Positions 29,485-39,605 are shown, numbered from the stretch's first letter. The stretch is DNA of 64,000 nucleotides from Vicingus serpentipes (GCA_024103385.1 JAGFIT010000074.1:45766-109765); one strand, 5' to 3'. The notes: generated by a model from the sequence alone, not told the origin. Made by a program: numbers and translations.

Positions 29485-31826
29485 TTTTCCTCTTCTTTCT
29501 TTTTCAACTCTTCATTTCGTTCATTACGTTGCATAGGGTTCTCATCATCATCCATCTTTCTCCATCCATACTTCTTTTCTTTGTACAACTGAAATTTAGA
29601 AGGTGCTAATTTAGCAGGCCAACTGTTGTCATCAAGATTAACATCTGCTGTTTCTAAGAAAGGATCTAAATCAATATTGGTTACTTCTTTCTTAAAAAAG
29701 AAAACCTTAGAAACATTTTTATCATTTTGTTTCCATATTTCAGCCGGTATTCTAACAACTTCATTAGTCCCATCTTTAAATGTAAAGTTTAAAATAATAG
29801 GCATTACCAAACCTCCTTTATTTTCGAAATCGATTGAGTAATAATTATAATCTCCCTCTAACAATTTAATGTCGTCTTCACTTAATTTAGAGAGGTATTT
29901 TTGATAATCTGCCTTATCTACTAAAGTCACTTCAAATGGGTCATATTTGATATAAAAATCATCTAGCGATGGGTCTTTTTCGTTATATGTTTGCTTAATG
30001 GTTGTTTTGTTACGAGTATCTCCAATAAATTGAGTTTTATTGGCTTCTCTTTCTTTAGCTATCGCCTTTTCTACCTCTGGATTCTTCGTGTCTATTTTAA
30101 ACCATTCTACACGGTTAATGGCCAAATCAACATGGTCAGTAGTATAAAACCAACCTCTCCAAAACCAATCCAAATCAACTCCAGATGCATCTTCCATGGT
30201 TCTAAAAAAGTCTGCTGGTGTAGGATGTTTAAACTTCCATCTTTCCGCATATGTTTTAAAAGCAAAATCAAACAATTCTCTTCCCATAACTGTCTCCCTC
30301 AAAATATTTAGTGCTGTAGCTGGTTTAGCATAGGCGTTTGGTCCAAATTGAAGAATAGACTCAGAATTGGTCATTATAGGAGATATTCCCTTTTTATCTC
30401 CCTTCATGTAATCTACAATTTTGTAGGCTGGACCTCTTCGAGAAGGATACCCCCTTTCAAATTCCTGTTCAGTTAAATACTGTGTGAAAGTATTTAAACC
30501 TTCATCCATCCATGTCCACTGGCGCTCATCAGAATTAATAATCATTGGAAAGAAATTATGTCCTACCTCATGGATAATAACGCCTATCATTCCATATTTT
30601 ACTCTTTCAGAATAAGTGCCATCTTTTTCTGGTCGTCCTCCATTAAAACAAATCATAGGGTATTCCATTCCTATACTTTTGGTATGTACTGAAATAGCAA
30701 CAGGATAAGGATAATCACACGTATATTTTGAATAAGTAGCAATAGTATGCGCCACCACTTTTGTGCTGTACTGTTCCCACAATGGATTTCCTTCTTTCGG
30801 ATAAAAACTCATTGCCATCGTAGATTTTCCATTGTACTTTACCGTCATAGCATCCCAAATAAATTTACGGGAAGAAACAAAGGCAAAATCCCTCACATTG
30901 GTAGCGCTAAACGACCATGTTTTTGTCCCTGCTTCTTTCTTTTTTTCAGCTGCTTCAGCTTCTGATTGATTGACTATCATCACTGGAGTGATGTACTCTG
31001 ATTGTGCTTTCTTGAGCCTTTCTCGTTGTGCTGTTGTTAATACCGATGAAGCATTGGTTAATGTTCCTGTAGCTCCAACAATATGATCAGAAGGTACAGT
31101 AATGTTTACTTTAAAATCTCCAAAAGGTAAAGTAAATTCTCCTCTTCCTAAAAACTGTTTGTTTTGCCATCCTTCTACCTCATTATACACCGCCATTCTT
31201 GGATAAAATTGCGCAATAGTATATAGGTAGTTGTCGTTTTCTTCAAAATACTCATAACCTGATCTTCCTCCAATTTCATCCCTATTATTCACGTTGTACC
31301 ACCATTTAATTTTTAAAGAAGTAGAGGCTCCTGGAGCCAATGCAACTGGTAAATCAACACGCATCATTGTTTTATTGATGGTGTATTTCAAATCTTTCCC
31401 CGAAGCATTTTTGACATACTCTAATTTAAATCCACCATCAAAATCATTGTGCAACTCGGCCAATTCATTAAAACTCATTTTTTCATCGATATTGTTTGTG
31501 CTAATCAACTTACTATCGGAATCTCTTGCTCGTATATTTTGATCTAACTGCAACCACAAATAATCTAATCTATCTGGTGAGTTGTTTTTATAAGTAATGG
31601 TTTCAACTCCTGTAACCTTTTGAGTTTTATCATCTAATGTGATATCAATAGCATAATCTGCTTTTTGTTGGTAATACTCATGACCTGGGGCACCTGATGC
31701 AGTTCTATACACATTTGGTGTAGCCAATTCTTGTTTTAACTGTCTAAATTTATTGGTATTCACATTCTCTTGAGCAAACAATGGTATTGTTCCAATTAAT
31801 ACTGCTAAAGCAATTATTTTTCTCAT
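29481..31826 (-). CDS. M1 family zinc metallopeptidase (aminopeptidase N-like), secreted
   Basis: HEXXH-(18)-E: VIIHEVGHNFFPMIINSDERQWTWMDEGLNTF. Signal peptide from MRKIIALAVLIGTIPLFAQ, so the start is moved from 31868 to ATG 31826. This also removes the overlap with the upstream gene. Confidence 0.9.
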   Translation of the reverse strand: MRKIIALAVLIGTIPLFAQENVNTNKFRQLKQELATPNVYRTASGAPGHEYYQQKADYAIDITLDDKTQKVTGVETITYKNNSPDRLDYLWLQLDQNIRARDSDSKLISTNNIDEKMSFNELAELHNDFDGGFKLEYVKNASGKDLKYTINKTMMRVDLPVALAPGASTSLKIKWWYNVNNRDEIGGRSGYEYFEENDNYLYTIAQFYPRMAVYNEVEGWQNKQFLGRGEFTLPFGDFKVNITVPSDHIVGATGTLTNASSVLTTAQRERLKKAQSEYITPVMIVNQSEAEAAEKKKEAGTKTWSFSATNVRDFAFVSSRKFIWDAMTVKYNGKSTMAMSFYPKEGNPLWEQYSTKVVAHTIATYSKYTCDYPYPVAISVHTKSIGMEYPMICFNGGRPEKDGTYSERVKYGMIGVIIHEVGHNFFPMIINSDERQWTWMDEGLNTFTQYLTEQEFERGYPSRRGPAYKIVDYMKGDKKGISPIMTNSESILQFGPNAYAKPATALNILRETVMGRELFDFAFKTYAERWKFKHPTPADFFRTMEDASGVDLDWFWRGWFYTTDHVDLAINRVEWFKIDTKNPEVEKAIAKEREANKTQFIGDTRNKTTIKQTYNEKDPSLDDFYIKYDPFEVTLVDKADYQKYLSKLSEDDIKLLEGDYNYYSIDFENKGGLVMPIILNFTFKDGTNEVVRIPAEIWKQNDKNVSKVFFFKKEVTNIDLDPFLETADVNLDDNSWPAKLAPSKFQLYKEKKYGWRKMDDDENPMQRNERNEELKKKEEEK

Positions 31827-31833
31827 GTTCAAG

Positions 31834-32334
31834 TTATTTAAGTTGGTGCGAACTACTTGTGTTGGCACTGTTTAATGTAAAATCTATTTTTTCTTCTCCA
31901 ATCTTTAGGTGAACCAAATTGGATTGTAATTCAAATACTTCTGTAAGCAATGTGTTTTTTATCGTAATTTCCTTTAATGATGGCAGCTTATCTGTTTCTA
32001 AATAACAATAAATGTCATCATCATTATTTACTTCTTTACCAATAAAATGGTAAGTCACTTTTTTATTGTTGACACTAATTTCAAATCGTTTGTTAATGTA
32101 ATTCAATAGATATTCATTAGCGTCTTTCACTTCTTTATCCGTTCCTAAGTACAAATTAGGAACCCCTGCATTTTTTAATGCATGTTCTAAATCGTGACCA
32201 ATAAATTTAATCGAAATTTCAAAAGTACGCTGCTCCTTATTATAAGCTATATCTGTATTAGACACATAAAATTTATGCGCCACAAAACTGAGCATAAATA
32301 AGGCTAAGAAAGAAAACAATAATTTGCGAACCAT
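31834..32334 (-). CDS. Hypothetical protein (DUF6702-like), upstream partner of the M1 peptidase
   Basis: N-terminal hydrophobic segment, then HKFYVSNTDIAYNKEQRTFEISIKFIGHDLEHAL. I recall this as a conserved Flavobacteriia family found next to M1 peptidases. That recollection is unverified. Confidence 0.5.
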   Translation of the reverse strand: MVRKLLFSFLALFMLSFVAHKFYVSNTDIAYNKEQRTFEISIKFIGHDLEHALKNAGVPNLYLGTDKEVKDANEYLLNYINKRFEISVNNKKVTYHFIGKEVNNDDDIYCYLETDKLPSLKEITIKNTLLTEVFELQSNLVHLKIGEEKIDFTLNSANTSSSHQLK

Positions 32335-32438
32335 AATACCTTTTAAGGGGAGCTAAGGTAAAAAAAATTGAGTAGAAACACCCGATAACACTCAACTATT
32401 CGGATGAGTGGTGTTATTTCTTGATGAGTAACAAAATA

Positions 32439-35400
32439 TTAATTCAAAAAGCCTTTGGCCTTTGCTATTGCAGCTTCAATGCCTGTAACATCTTTACCTC
32501 CTGCAGTAGCATAAAATGGTTGACCTCCACCGCCTCCTTGCATTTCTTTAGCAGCTTCTCTAATAATGTTTCCAGCATGTAAACCTCTCTCTTTCACCAA
32601 ATTATCTGAAACCACTATGGTTAAATTAGGCTTTTCGTTGACCTCAGCACCTAATACTAAAAAGAGGTTATCAATTTGTCCTTTTAATTGGAATGCTAAA
32701 TCTTTAATCGCTCCACTGTCGTTTAAATCAATTTTTTGAGCCAACACATTTACTCCTCCCACTTCTTCTATTTGAGTTAGTAATTTTTCTTTGATGGCTT
32801 TGGCCTCTTCTTTATTTCCTTGTTCATCAGCTTTAGCTAATTCTTTCTTTTTAGCTGTTAAAGCATCTATGATGTTTTGAGGTAGTTTGATTTTTGTAAA
32901 ATCTGAAATAGCTTTATTGAGGGCTTCTGTTACAAGAATTGCTCCTTTAGGTTGATAATCCTCAATTTTTAATAATCCAGCCACGTTTTCATAATCTTTC
33001 AAAAACTCTTGTTTTACAGATTTTATATCAGTCATTAATTTATCAGAAATGATACTGTGTATAGATGCTTCGTTTCTATTAATAATTTCAACTTTATTTT
33101 TCAACCACTTTCCTGCTTCAACAGAAGTCAACGCTTCTATTCTTCTTATCCCCGAAGCTACAGATCCTTCTGATTTTATTTTAAATAACTGAATGTTCTT
33201 TGTATTTTTCACATGAATTCCTCCACACAATTCTTTCGAGTCCCCAAACTGTATCATCCGCACCACATCTCCATATTTTTCTCCAAACAACATCATGGCT
33301 CCTTTTGCTTCTGCTTCGGTAATTGGTATCGCTCTATGCTCCTCCAATTGAAAACCTTCTTGAATTCGAGCATTTACTAATACCTCAATTTTATCCAATT
33401 CTTCTTGACTTACTTTTTGGAAGTGAGAAAAATCAAACCGTAAATACTCAGCATTTACCAATGACCCTTTTTGTTCAACATGGGTGCCCAGTACTTCTCT
33501 TAAAGCTTGATGTAATAAATGAGTAGCTGTATGGTTACAAGCTGTTTGTTCTCTTATAGAAGAGGTAACCTCAGCCTTAAATTTCGCGTTGACATCCTTT
33601 GGTAATTCATGGGTATAATGAACAATTAGATTATTCTCTTTTTTCGTATCATGAATTGAAGCTCCATTTTCATCATTTTCTTTGATTGTTCCTATATCTC
33701 CAACTTGACCTCCACCTTCAGGATAAAAAGGAGTTAAATTAAAAACCAATTGATATATTTCTTCTCCTTTCGCTTTTACTTTTCTGTATTTAGTAATGGA
33801 TATATCTGCTTCTGTATAGTCATAACCAATGAACTCTTCCTCATCATCTTCTCGCAATACCACCCAGTCATCCGTTTCAATTTTTGTCGCTGCCCTTGAT
33901 CTGTCTTTTTGTTTTTGAAGTTCTTCTTCAAAACCCTCCTCATCTATTTTTCCATTTAACTCTTCTACGATTAACTTTGTTAAATCAATCGGAAAACCAA
34001 AAGTATCATACAGTTCAAATGCAAATTTTCCATCCACTTTCAATTGATATTTGAACTCATTAAATATTCTTTCTTCACCTTTAAACTCCTCTAAAATCTC
34101 TTTAGATTTTTCCACCATATCTAGACTAATTTTTAAAGAGGTATGTTCAAATTTTATCTTATCATATCCTTTAAATTTAGACATCTTAAAACCCCCTTGA
34201 TCGTCAATATCATAAATATCGATAAGTAAATTTAAATTAGGAACAAATAAATCAGGACTAGAACAACTATCCGTTATCACGTAGTTATTAGAGCTATCAT
34301 ATCCTTTATCCGCTAAGTAGTTATGAATCGCTACAATCAATCGATCTTTTCTATACTCATATAACCTATCCATTCCCTTAGCTAAAGTCCGTAAAAAGCT
34401 TTCTTCTTCTTCTCTAATCACATTCGTAATCAATTCTTGTTGTATTTTTAATTCTGGGAAAAACTCACTCATTTGGTTCACCAACACTTCTACCAATTGG
34501 TAAATAAACGCTTCTTTCAAATTTAAAAAACTATACCCATAACGAATAGCTCTTCTTAAAATTCTACGAATAACATATCCAGCTCCAGTATTGGAAGGTA
34601 ATTGACCATCAGCGATAGAAAAAGCAACTGCTCTAACATGATCTGCAATAACTCGAATGGATACATCTGTTTTTGCTTCTGACTGTTGGTAATTAACCCC
34701 AGAAATTTCCACTATTTTATCAATAAGCGGTGTAAATACATCTGAATCGTAATTAGATTGTTTTCCTTGCAACACCATTGCCAATCGTTCAAAACCCATT
34801 CCTGTATCTACATGTTGAGCCGGTAATTTTTTCAATTCTCCATTCGCCATTCGATTAAATTCCATAAAAACCAGGTTCCATATCTCAATTACCTGAGGAT
34901 GATCTTGATTAACCAATTCTCTTCCTGGAATTTTAGCTACTTCTTCTTCACTTCTAATGTCTACATGAATTTCAGAACACGGACCACAGGGTCCTGTGTC
35001 TCCCATTTCCCAAAAATTATCTTTCTTATCGCATTTTAAAATATGGTTTTCTGTCAATCCATTCTTCAACAAAATAGCTTCCCACAAATCATATGCTTCT
35101 TCATCAAATGCAGTTCCATCTTTTTCGTCTCCTTCAAACACTGTAAAGTATAACCTGTTTTTATCAATTTTATAAACATCGACCAACAATTCCCACGCCC
35201 ATTCAATCGCTTCTTTCTTAAAATAATCCCCAAAACTCCAATTCCCTAACATCTCAAACATCGTATGATGATAGGTATCTACTCCTACTTCCTCTAAATC
35301 ATTGTGCTTTCCGGAAACCCTTAAACATTTCTGAGTATCTGCAATACGAGTATATTTTATTTTGCTATTTCCCAAAAACAAATCTTTAAACTGGTTCATT

Positions 35401-35522
35401 CCTGCATTAATAAACATTAATGTTGGGTCATTCTTTACCACCATAGGTGCTGATGGCACAATATGATGCTGTTTTTGAGCAAAAAAATCTAAAAATGTTT
35501 TTCGTATTTGCTTGGAATTCAT
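32439..35522 (-). CDS. alaS: Alanine--tRNA ligase, unusually long (1027 aa) with internal insertion
   Basis: Class II core (FINAGMNQFKD, HHTMFEMLGNWSFGDYFK, DTGMGFERL). Editing-domain HxxxH (NHTATHLLHQAL) and CGGIH. C-terminal DHHA1-like GGGGGQPFYATAGG. Confidence 0.95.
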   Translation of the reverse strand: MNSKQIRKTFLDFFAQKQHHIVPSAPMVVKNDPTLMFINAGMNQFKDLFLGNSKIKYTRIADTQKCLRVSGKHNDLEEVGVDTYHHTMFEMLGNWSFGDYFKKEAIEWAWELLVDVYKIDKNRLYFTVFEGDEKDGTAFDEEAYDLWEAILLKNGLTENHILKCDKKDNFWEMGDTGPCGPCSEIHVDIRSEEEVAKIPGRELVNQDHPQVIEIWNLVFMEFNRMANGELKKLPAQHVDTGMGFERLAMVLQGKQSNYDSDVFTPLIDKIVEISGVNYQQSEAKTDVSIRVIADHVRAVAFSIADGQLPSNTGAGYVIRRILRRAIRYGYSFLNLKEAFIYQLVEVLVNQMSEFFPELKIQQELITNVIREEEESFLRTLAKGMDRLYEYRKDRLIVAIHNYLADKGYDSSNNYVITDSCSSPDLFVPNLNLLIDIYDIDDQGGFKMSKFKGYDKIKFEHTSLKISLDMVEKSKEILEEFKGEERIFNEFKYQLKVDGKFAFELYDTFGFPIDLTKLIVEELNGKIDEEGFEEELQKQKDRSRAATKIETDDWVVLREDDEEEFIGYDYTEADISITKYRKVKAKGEEIYQLVFNLTPFYPEGGGQVGDIGTIKENDENGASIHDTKKENNLIVHYTHELPKDVNAKFKAEVTSSIREQTACNHTATHLLHQALREVLGTHVEQKGSLVNAEYLRFDFSHFQKVSQEELDKIEVLVNARIQEGFQLEEHRAIPITEAEAKGAMMLFGEKYGDVVRMIQFGDSKELCGGIHVKNTKNIQLFKIKSEGSVASGIRRIEALTSVEAGKWLKNKVEIINRNEASIHSIISDKLMTDIKSVKQEFLKDYENVAGLLKIEDYQPKGAILVTEALNKAISDFTKIKLPQNIIDALTAKKKELAKADEQGNKEEAKAIKEKLLTQIEEVGGVNVLAQKIDLNDSGAIKDLAFQLKGQIDNLFLVLGAEVNEKPNLTIVVSDNLVKERGLHAGNIIREAAKEMQGGGGGQPFYATAGGKDVTGIEAAIAKAKGFLN

Positions 35523-35623
35523 TCTGTTAATTAATGTTAAATAAGCGTTAATCTAATTTTCTCGATTTTGATATTCTTCAAATTTGATTAAATTAGCAGT
35601 CAAAATTAGCATATATTCTTTAA

Positions 35624-36595
35624 ATGGCTAAAGCTAAATACAGATATAATAAACATACTTTAAGCTACGATAAAATTGAGCTTACATTTAAGGATAAGGT
35701 TTTTAAGTCTTCTATTTATGTAGGTTTAGGTTTAGTTATTGGAGTAATTATTTATGGTTTAGCATACACATACATTGATTCTCCTAAAGAAAAACAATTA
35801 AAGAGAGATAACGCTCATTTACAAACACAGTTTGTTATTCTGAACAAAAAATTAGAGCAATTTTCTAAAGTATTGGATGATGTTCAACACCGTGATGATA
35901 ATATTTACAGGGTAATTTTTGAAGCAGAACCAATTCCTTCAGAAATCAGAAAAGCAGGTTTTGGGGGAGTTAATAAATATAAAGAATTGGAAGGTTATAA
36001 CAATTCTGAATTAATTATTAATACTGCTGAAAAATTAGATAAGTTGCACAAGCAATTGTACATTCAGTCCAAATCCTTTGATGAGGTTTTTGAAATGGCC
36101 AAGAAAAAAGAAGAGATGCTCGCTTCATTACCAGCCATACAACCCGTCCAAAACGAAGATTTAACACGTATGGCAAGTGGTTATGGCTACAGAATGCACC
36201 CTATTTTAAAATATAATAAATTTCATGCAGGAATGGATTTTACGGCAGACAGAGGAACGCCTATTTATGCTACGGGGTCAGGAACAGTAATTCAAGCAGA
36301 TGCTGCCTCCAGTGGTTATGGAAAACACATAAGAATTGACCATAGATATGGTTATGTTACTTTATATGCACACATGAGTAAAATGAATGTTAAAGTGGGT
36401 CAAAAGGTGAAAAGAGGAGACGTAATTGGCTACGTGGGTAATTCAGGACTTTCAGCTGGACCTCACTGTCATTATGAAGTTCGAAAAAATGGAAATCCTG
36501 TTAATCCTGTTAATTTTTACTACAACGATTTAACGGCTGAAGAATACGCTAAAATGATTGAGCTATCCAACGCTCCAATGCAATCATTAGATTAA
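35624..36595 (+). CDS. M23 family (LytM-type) peptidoglycan metalloendopeptidase, membrane anchored
   Basis: TM segment, coiled-coil region, HAGMDF, and GNSGLSAGPHCHYEV. Confidence 0.88.
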   Translation: MAKAKYRYNKHTLSYDKIELTFKDKVFKSSIYVGLGLVIGVIIYGLAYTYIDSPKEKQLKRDNAHLQTQFVILNKKLEQFSKVLDDVQHRDDNIYRVIFEAEPIPSEIRKAGFGGVNKYKELEGYNNSELIINTAEKLDKLHKQLYIQSKSFDEVFEMAKKKEEMLASLPAIQPVQNEDLTRMASGYGYRMHPILKYNKFHAGMDFTADRGTPIYATGSGTVIQADAASSGYGKHIRIDHRYGYVTLYAHMSKMNVKVGQKVKRGDVIGYVGNSGLSAGPHCHYEVRKNGNPVNPVNFYYNDLTAEEYAKMIELSNAPMQSLD

Positions 36596-37521
36596 TTCTT
36601 TTTCTTTCTTTTTAAATTAATTTGATCTCCAATATTGGGCTGAGTACCCGGAATCATCAAATTTTTCTTGTATAGTTTCTTCAATTTTACACCATAATAT
36701 TGAGAAATGCTTCTCATCGTATCTCCTTCTTTTACTGTATGAAATTCTTCTGCGGCTTTATTCTTTTTAGGTTGAAGATATATTATTTCTTCCGCCTTCA
36801 GTACATGCCCTTTATTTAAATCGTTGTATTTATAAATTTGCCATAAATTCATTTGAAAATCATGTGCTATACGATAATATGTATCTCCTTCTTTTACTAC
36901 AATATACTTTACATCGTTATGCAGTTTTACTATTCTCGTTTGCTTTGTCTCAGCCAACACCGTAGAGGTTTTCTTATTAGTTAATTTTTTAGGTGGAACC
37001 TTCCCGTAATTATCATACTGATTTAGATTATGCTGTTCAATAAGTTTAATGAGCAAATTAGCATATTGAGGATTAGTAGCATACCCTGCCTTTTTCAATC
37101 CTTTTGCCCATCCTTTATAATCCGTAATTTTTAAATCGAATAAAAAAGCATACCTCGAACGATCTGCTAAAAAAGAAGAGTGATCTCTAAAAGATTCATA
37201 AACATCATCGTACTTTCTAAAACACTCATTTTTTTCATCATCATCAATACGCATCGTTTCTCCATTCCATCCACTATGGCATTTTATTCCAAAATGGTTA
37301 TTGGCATACATAGCTAACGGACTGTTTCCATCTGCCGATTCCAAGATTCCCTGAGCTAGTGTAATACTTGCAGGAACACCAGACTTATGCATCTCTCTTA
37401 TCGCATCATCTTTATAACGTTCAATGTATTCATTACGGGTAATTCTTCGCTCGGCAGGTTGACCTTGAGCCCAACTCACTATAAATAATAGGAGAAATAA
37501 TATGTTAAAAAAATACTTCAC
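36592..37521 (-). CDS. Glucosaminidase-domain peptidoglycan hydrolase with two LysM repeats
   Basis: Signal peptide. ASITLAQGILESADGNSPLA..NNHFGIKC (mannosyl-glycoprotein endo-beta-N-acetylglucosaminidase motif). Two LysM-like repeats (YIVVKEGDTYYRIAHDF.. and HTVKEGDTMRSISQYYG..). Confidence 0.8.
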   Translation of the reverse strand: MKYFFNILFLLLFIVSWAQGQPAERRITRNEYIERYKDDAIREMHKSGVPASITLAQGILESADGNSPLAMYANNHFGIKCHSGWNGETMRIDDDEKNECFRKYDDVYESFRDHSSFLADRSRYAFLFDLKITDYKGWAKGLKKAGYATNPQYANLLIKLIEQHNLNQYDNYGKVPPKKLTNKKTSTVLAETKQTRIVKLHNDVKYIVVKEGDTYYRIAHDFQMNLWQIYKYNDLNKGHVLKAEEIIYLQPKKNKAAEEFHTVKEGDTMRSISQYYGVKLKKLYKKNLMIPGTQPNIGDQINLKRKKKN

Positions 37522-37606
37522 TACTTTTCTTCTACTACAAATTTAATACCTCTTTTAGTATTCAATGGCTTACAACACATAAGATATTAACAGCAACCCT
37601 TTAAAA

Positions 37607-38542
37607 CTACAAATTGATACCTAACCGCTCTTCAAACCCCTTATTACCTTGCAGTCCGCCAGTATGTACTACTATTATTTTTTTACCATCAAATTGTGTT
37701 GAGTTTTTAATTTGATCAAAAAGTCCAAACAACAACTTGCCTGTATAAATTAGATCTAGCAACACATCGTGTTTTTCTTTAAATTCTTTAACAAAGTCTA
37801 TTAATTCTCTATTTACCTTTGCATAGCCTCCAAAATGATAATCTGTAATTAATTCCCAATTGTTATTTTCCACTTCAACTTTAAAAGCATTGGAATATTT
37901 AACCAATAAATTGGTAATCTCTTCTTTTAAAAAATCACCTCCTTTTAAGGCAGGAAAACCTAAAACCTGTTTGCTACTATCTAATGATGAAATAATGCCT
38001 GACATTGTACCTCCTGTTCCGCAAGCACAACAAACAACATCATAATCTACTTTTATTTTTTTCATAATTTCAGTACACCCTTTTACTGCAAACTCATTAG
38101 ATCCACCTTCAGGAACCCTATAAAATTTTCCATACTCTTGCTCCAGTTCAGCTAAAAAATTAGGTTCATATTTTTGAGTGCTATAAGTAGAGCGTGAAAC
38201 AAATTTTAATTGCATGCCATTGTTATGTGCCAATTGTAAAGTAGCATTTAGCGGTAACACTTCATCACCTCTAATTACTCCAATAGTTTTAAATCCAAAT
38301 GCTCTTCCTGCAGCAGCTGTAGCAGCTATATGGTTAGAATAAGCTCCACCATAGGTTAGCAATTGATGATAACCGATCTGTTTTGCTTCTTTGATATTAT
38401 ATTTGAGCTTTCTCCATTTGTTACCCGATATTTCCGGGTGAATTAAATCTTCACGAAGAAGGTATAGTCGAATCTTCTTTTCTTTTAGAAAAGTTTCTTC
38501 CAACTCCTGAACAGGAACACTATTTTCGTTAACAGATAACAT
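37607..38542 (-). CDS. ACC deaminase / D-cysteine desulfhydrase family PLP-dependent enzyme
   Basis: GNKWRKLKYN (PLP lysine), GGAYSNHIAATAAAG, and HTGGLQG. Confidence 0.8.
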   Translation of the reverse strand: MLSVNENSVPVQELEETFLKEKKIRLYLLREDLIHPEISGNKWRKLKYNIKEAKQIGYHQLLTYGGAYSNHIAATAAAGRAFGFKTIGVIRGDEVLPLNATLQLAHNNGMQLKFVSRSTYSTQKYEPNFLAELEQEYGKFYRVPEGGSNEFAVKGCTEIMKKIKVDYDVVCCACGTGGTMSGIISSLDSSKQVLGFPALKGGDFLKEEITNLLVKYSNAFKVEVENNNWELITDYHFGGYAKVNRELIDFVKEFKEKHDVLLDLIYTGKLLFGLFDQIKNSTQFDGKKIIVVHTGGLQGNKGFEERLGINL

Positions 38543-38575
38543 GACTAGCCAAAAATAGTAATTCTAGTAATTGGG

Positions 38576-38953
38576 CTACATTATCTTTTTTAATTCTGAG
38601 ACTATTTGTTCTTCATTAACATCAAACTTAGAGATAAAACCATCGGCACCACTCTCTTTCATTCTTTTTCTAAATGAGTAATGGTCTAATGAAGAGAAAG
38701 CTATTACTTTTATATGAGGATAATATTTTTTTATGTTCTCAGTCGCTTCAAAACCATCAATAAATTTCATGATGACATCAATAAAAACTATATCTACTTT
38801 ATTTTTTTCTAGAAAAGGGATTACTTCTCCTCCATCAGAACATTCTCCTACAATATTTATATTCGGGATGTTATTCAAAAAAACTCTAAATGATGACCTA
38901 ATAGAAGAATTATCATCTACTATAAGTACGTCTATCGTTTTATTTAATTTCAT
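38576..38953 (-). CDS. Stand-alone response regulator receiver (CheY-like) protein
   Basis: 125 aa. DVLIVDDN, a phospho-acceptor context DIVFIDVIM, and no output domain. Confidence 0.85.
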   Translation of the reverse strand: MKLNKTIDVLIVDDNSSIRSSFRVFLNNIPNINIVGECSDGGEVIPFLEKNKVDIVFIDVIMKFIDGFEATENIKKYYPHIKVIAFSSLDHYSFRKRMKESGADGFISKFDVNEEQIVSELKKIM

Positions 38954-39145
38954 GATTTAAAATTAAGAATGTTCAATTTATTTTTTTAATAGCGTTCTTT
39001 TTCGATTAATACCCTTTTTTTATTTAACGGTCATATTTTAGACGCTTTTGTGCATTTTACCACATAGCAGTAGAATTATTTTTACCTTTTAGAGTCTTTT
39101 ATCAACCTTATTTCACGTTCATCAAAAATAATAAAAATTATCATA

Positions 39146-39196
39146 TTGACAATTATTATACCTAATTGACAACTTATTATTAGCTATAATTGTCAA
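39146..39196 (+). promoter_or_regulatory. Three TTGACAA-core boxes (candidate operator/promoter) in front of the XRE regulator
   Basis: TTGACAATTAT (39146..39156), TTGACAACTTA (39166..39176, a direct copy 20 bp later), and ATAATTGTCAA (39186..39196, an inverted copy ending 1 nt before the ATG). Confidence 0.45.
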
Positions 39197-39197
39197 A

Positions 39198-39542
39198 ATG
39201 GATATTGGAAAGAAAATAAAGGTATTAAGAGCTCAAAAAGGAATTAGTCAACAAGAGTTAGCTGACTCCATCAATAAAACACGTACTTTAATTTCTCACA
39301 TTGAAGTTACCTCAAAAGTTAATTATTATACATTAACAGAAATCGCTAACGCTATAGATGTTACACTTGCTTACTTTACTGAAGAACCTTCCAATAATAA
39401 AATAGTAAATGAAGAAAAAGTTGAATATGCTAGCCTAGCAAAAAAGATAGAAAAGTTAGAACGTGAAAATGAATTACTAAATGAAATTATCCAAAATCAA
39501 AAAGAAATAATTACTCAATTAAAAGATAAGCTTACTCAATAA
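39198..39542 (+). CDS. XRE-family helix-turn-helix transcriptional regulator with C-terminal coiled coil
   Basis: IKVLRAQKGISQQELADSINKTRTLISHIE (HTH_3 pattern), and a leucine/glutamate-rich tail. Confidence 0.85.
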   Translation: MDIGKKIKVLRAQKGISQQELADSINKTRTLISHIEVTSKVNYYTLTEIANAIDVTLAYFTEEPSNNKIVNEEKVEYASLAKKIEKLERENELLNEIIQNQKEIITQLKDKLTQ

Positions 39543-39605
39543 TCAGTTTAATTTATTCTCAAAAACCTATTCTTATAAATTAACCTTTGTATTTTTATAA
39601 TTCAA

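Noticed and set aside
34041-34361. Intein explanation for the alaS insertion.
   Set aside because: There is no Cys/Ser/Thr at the N-junction, no His-Asn plus nucleophile at the C-junction, and no intein block motifs. About 105 aa is also too small for a standard intein.
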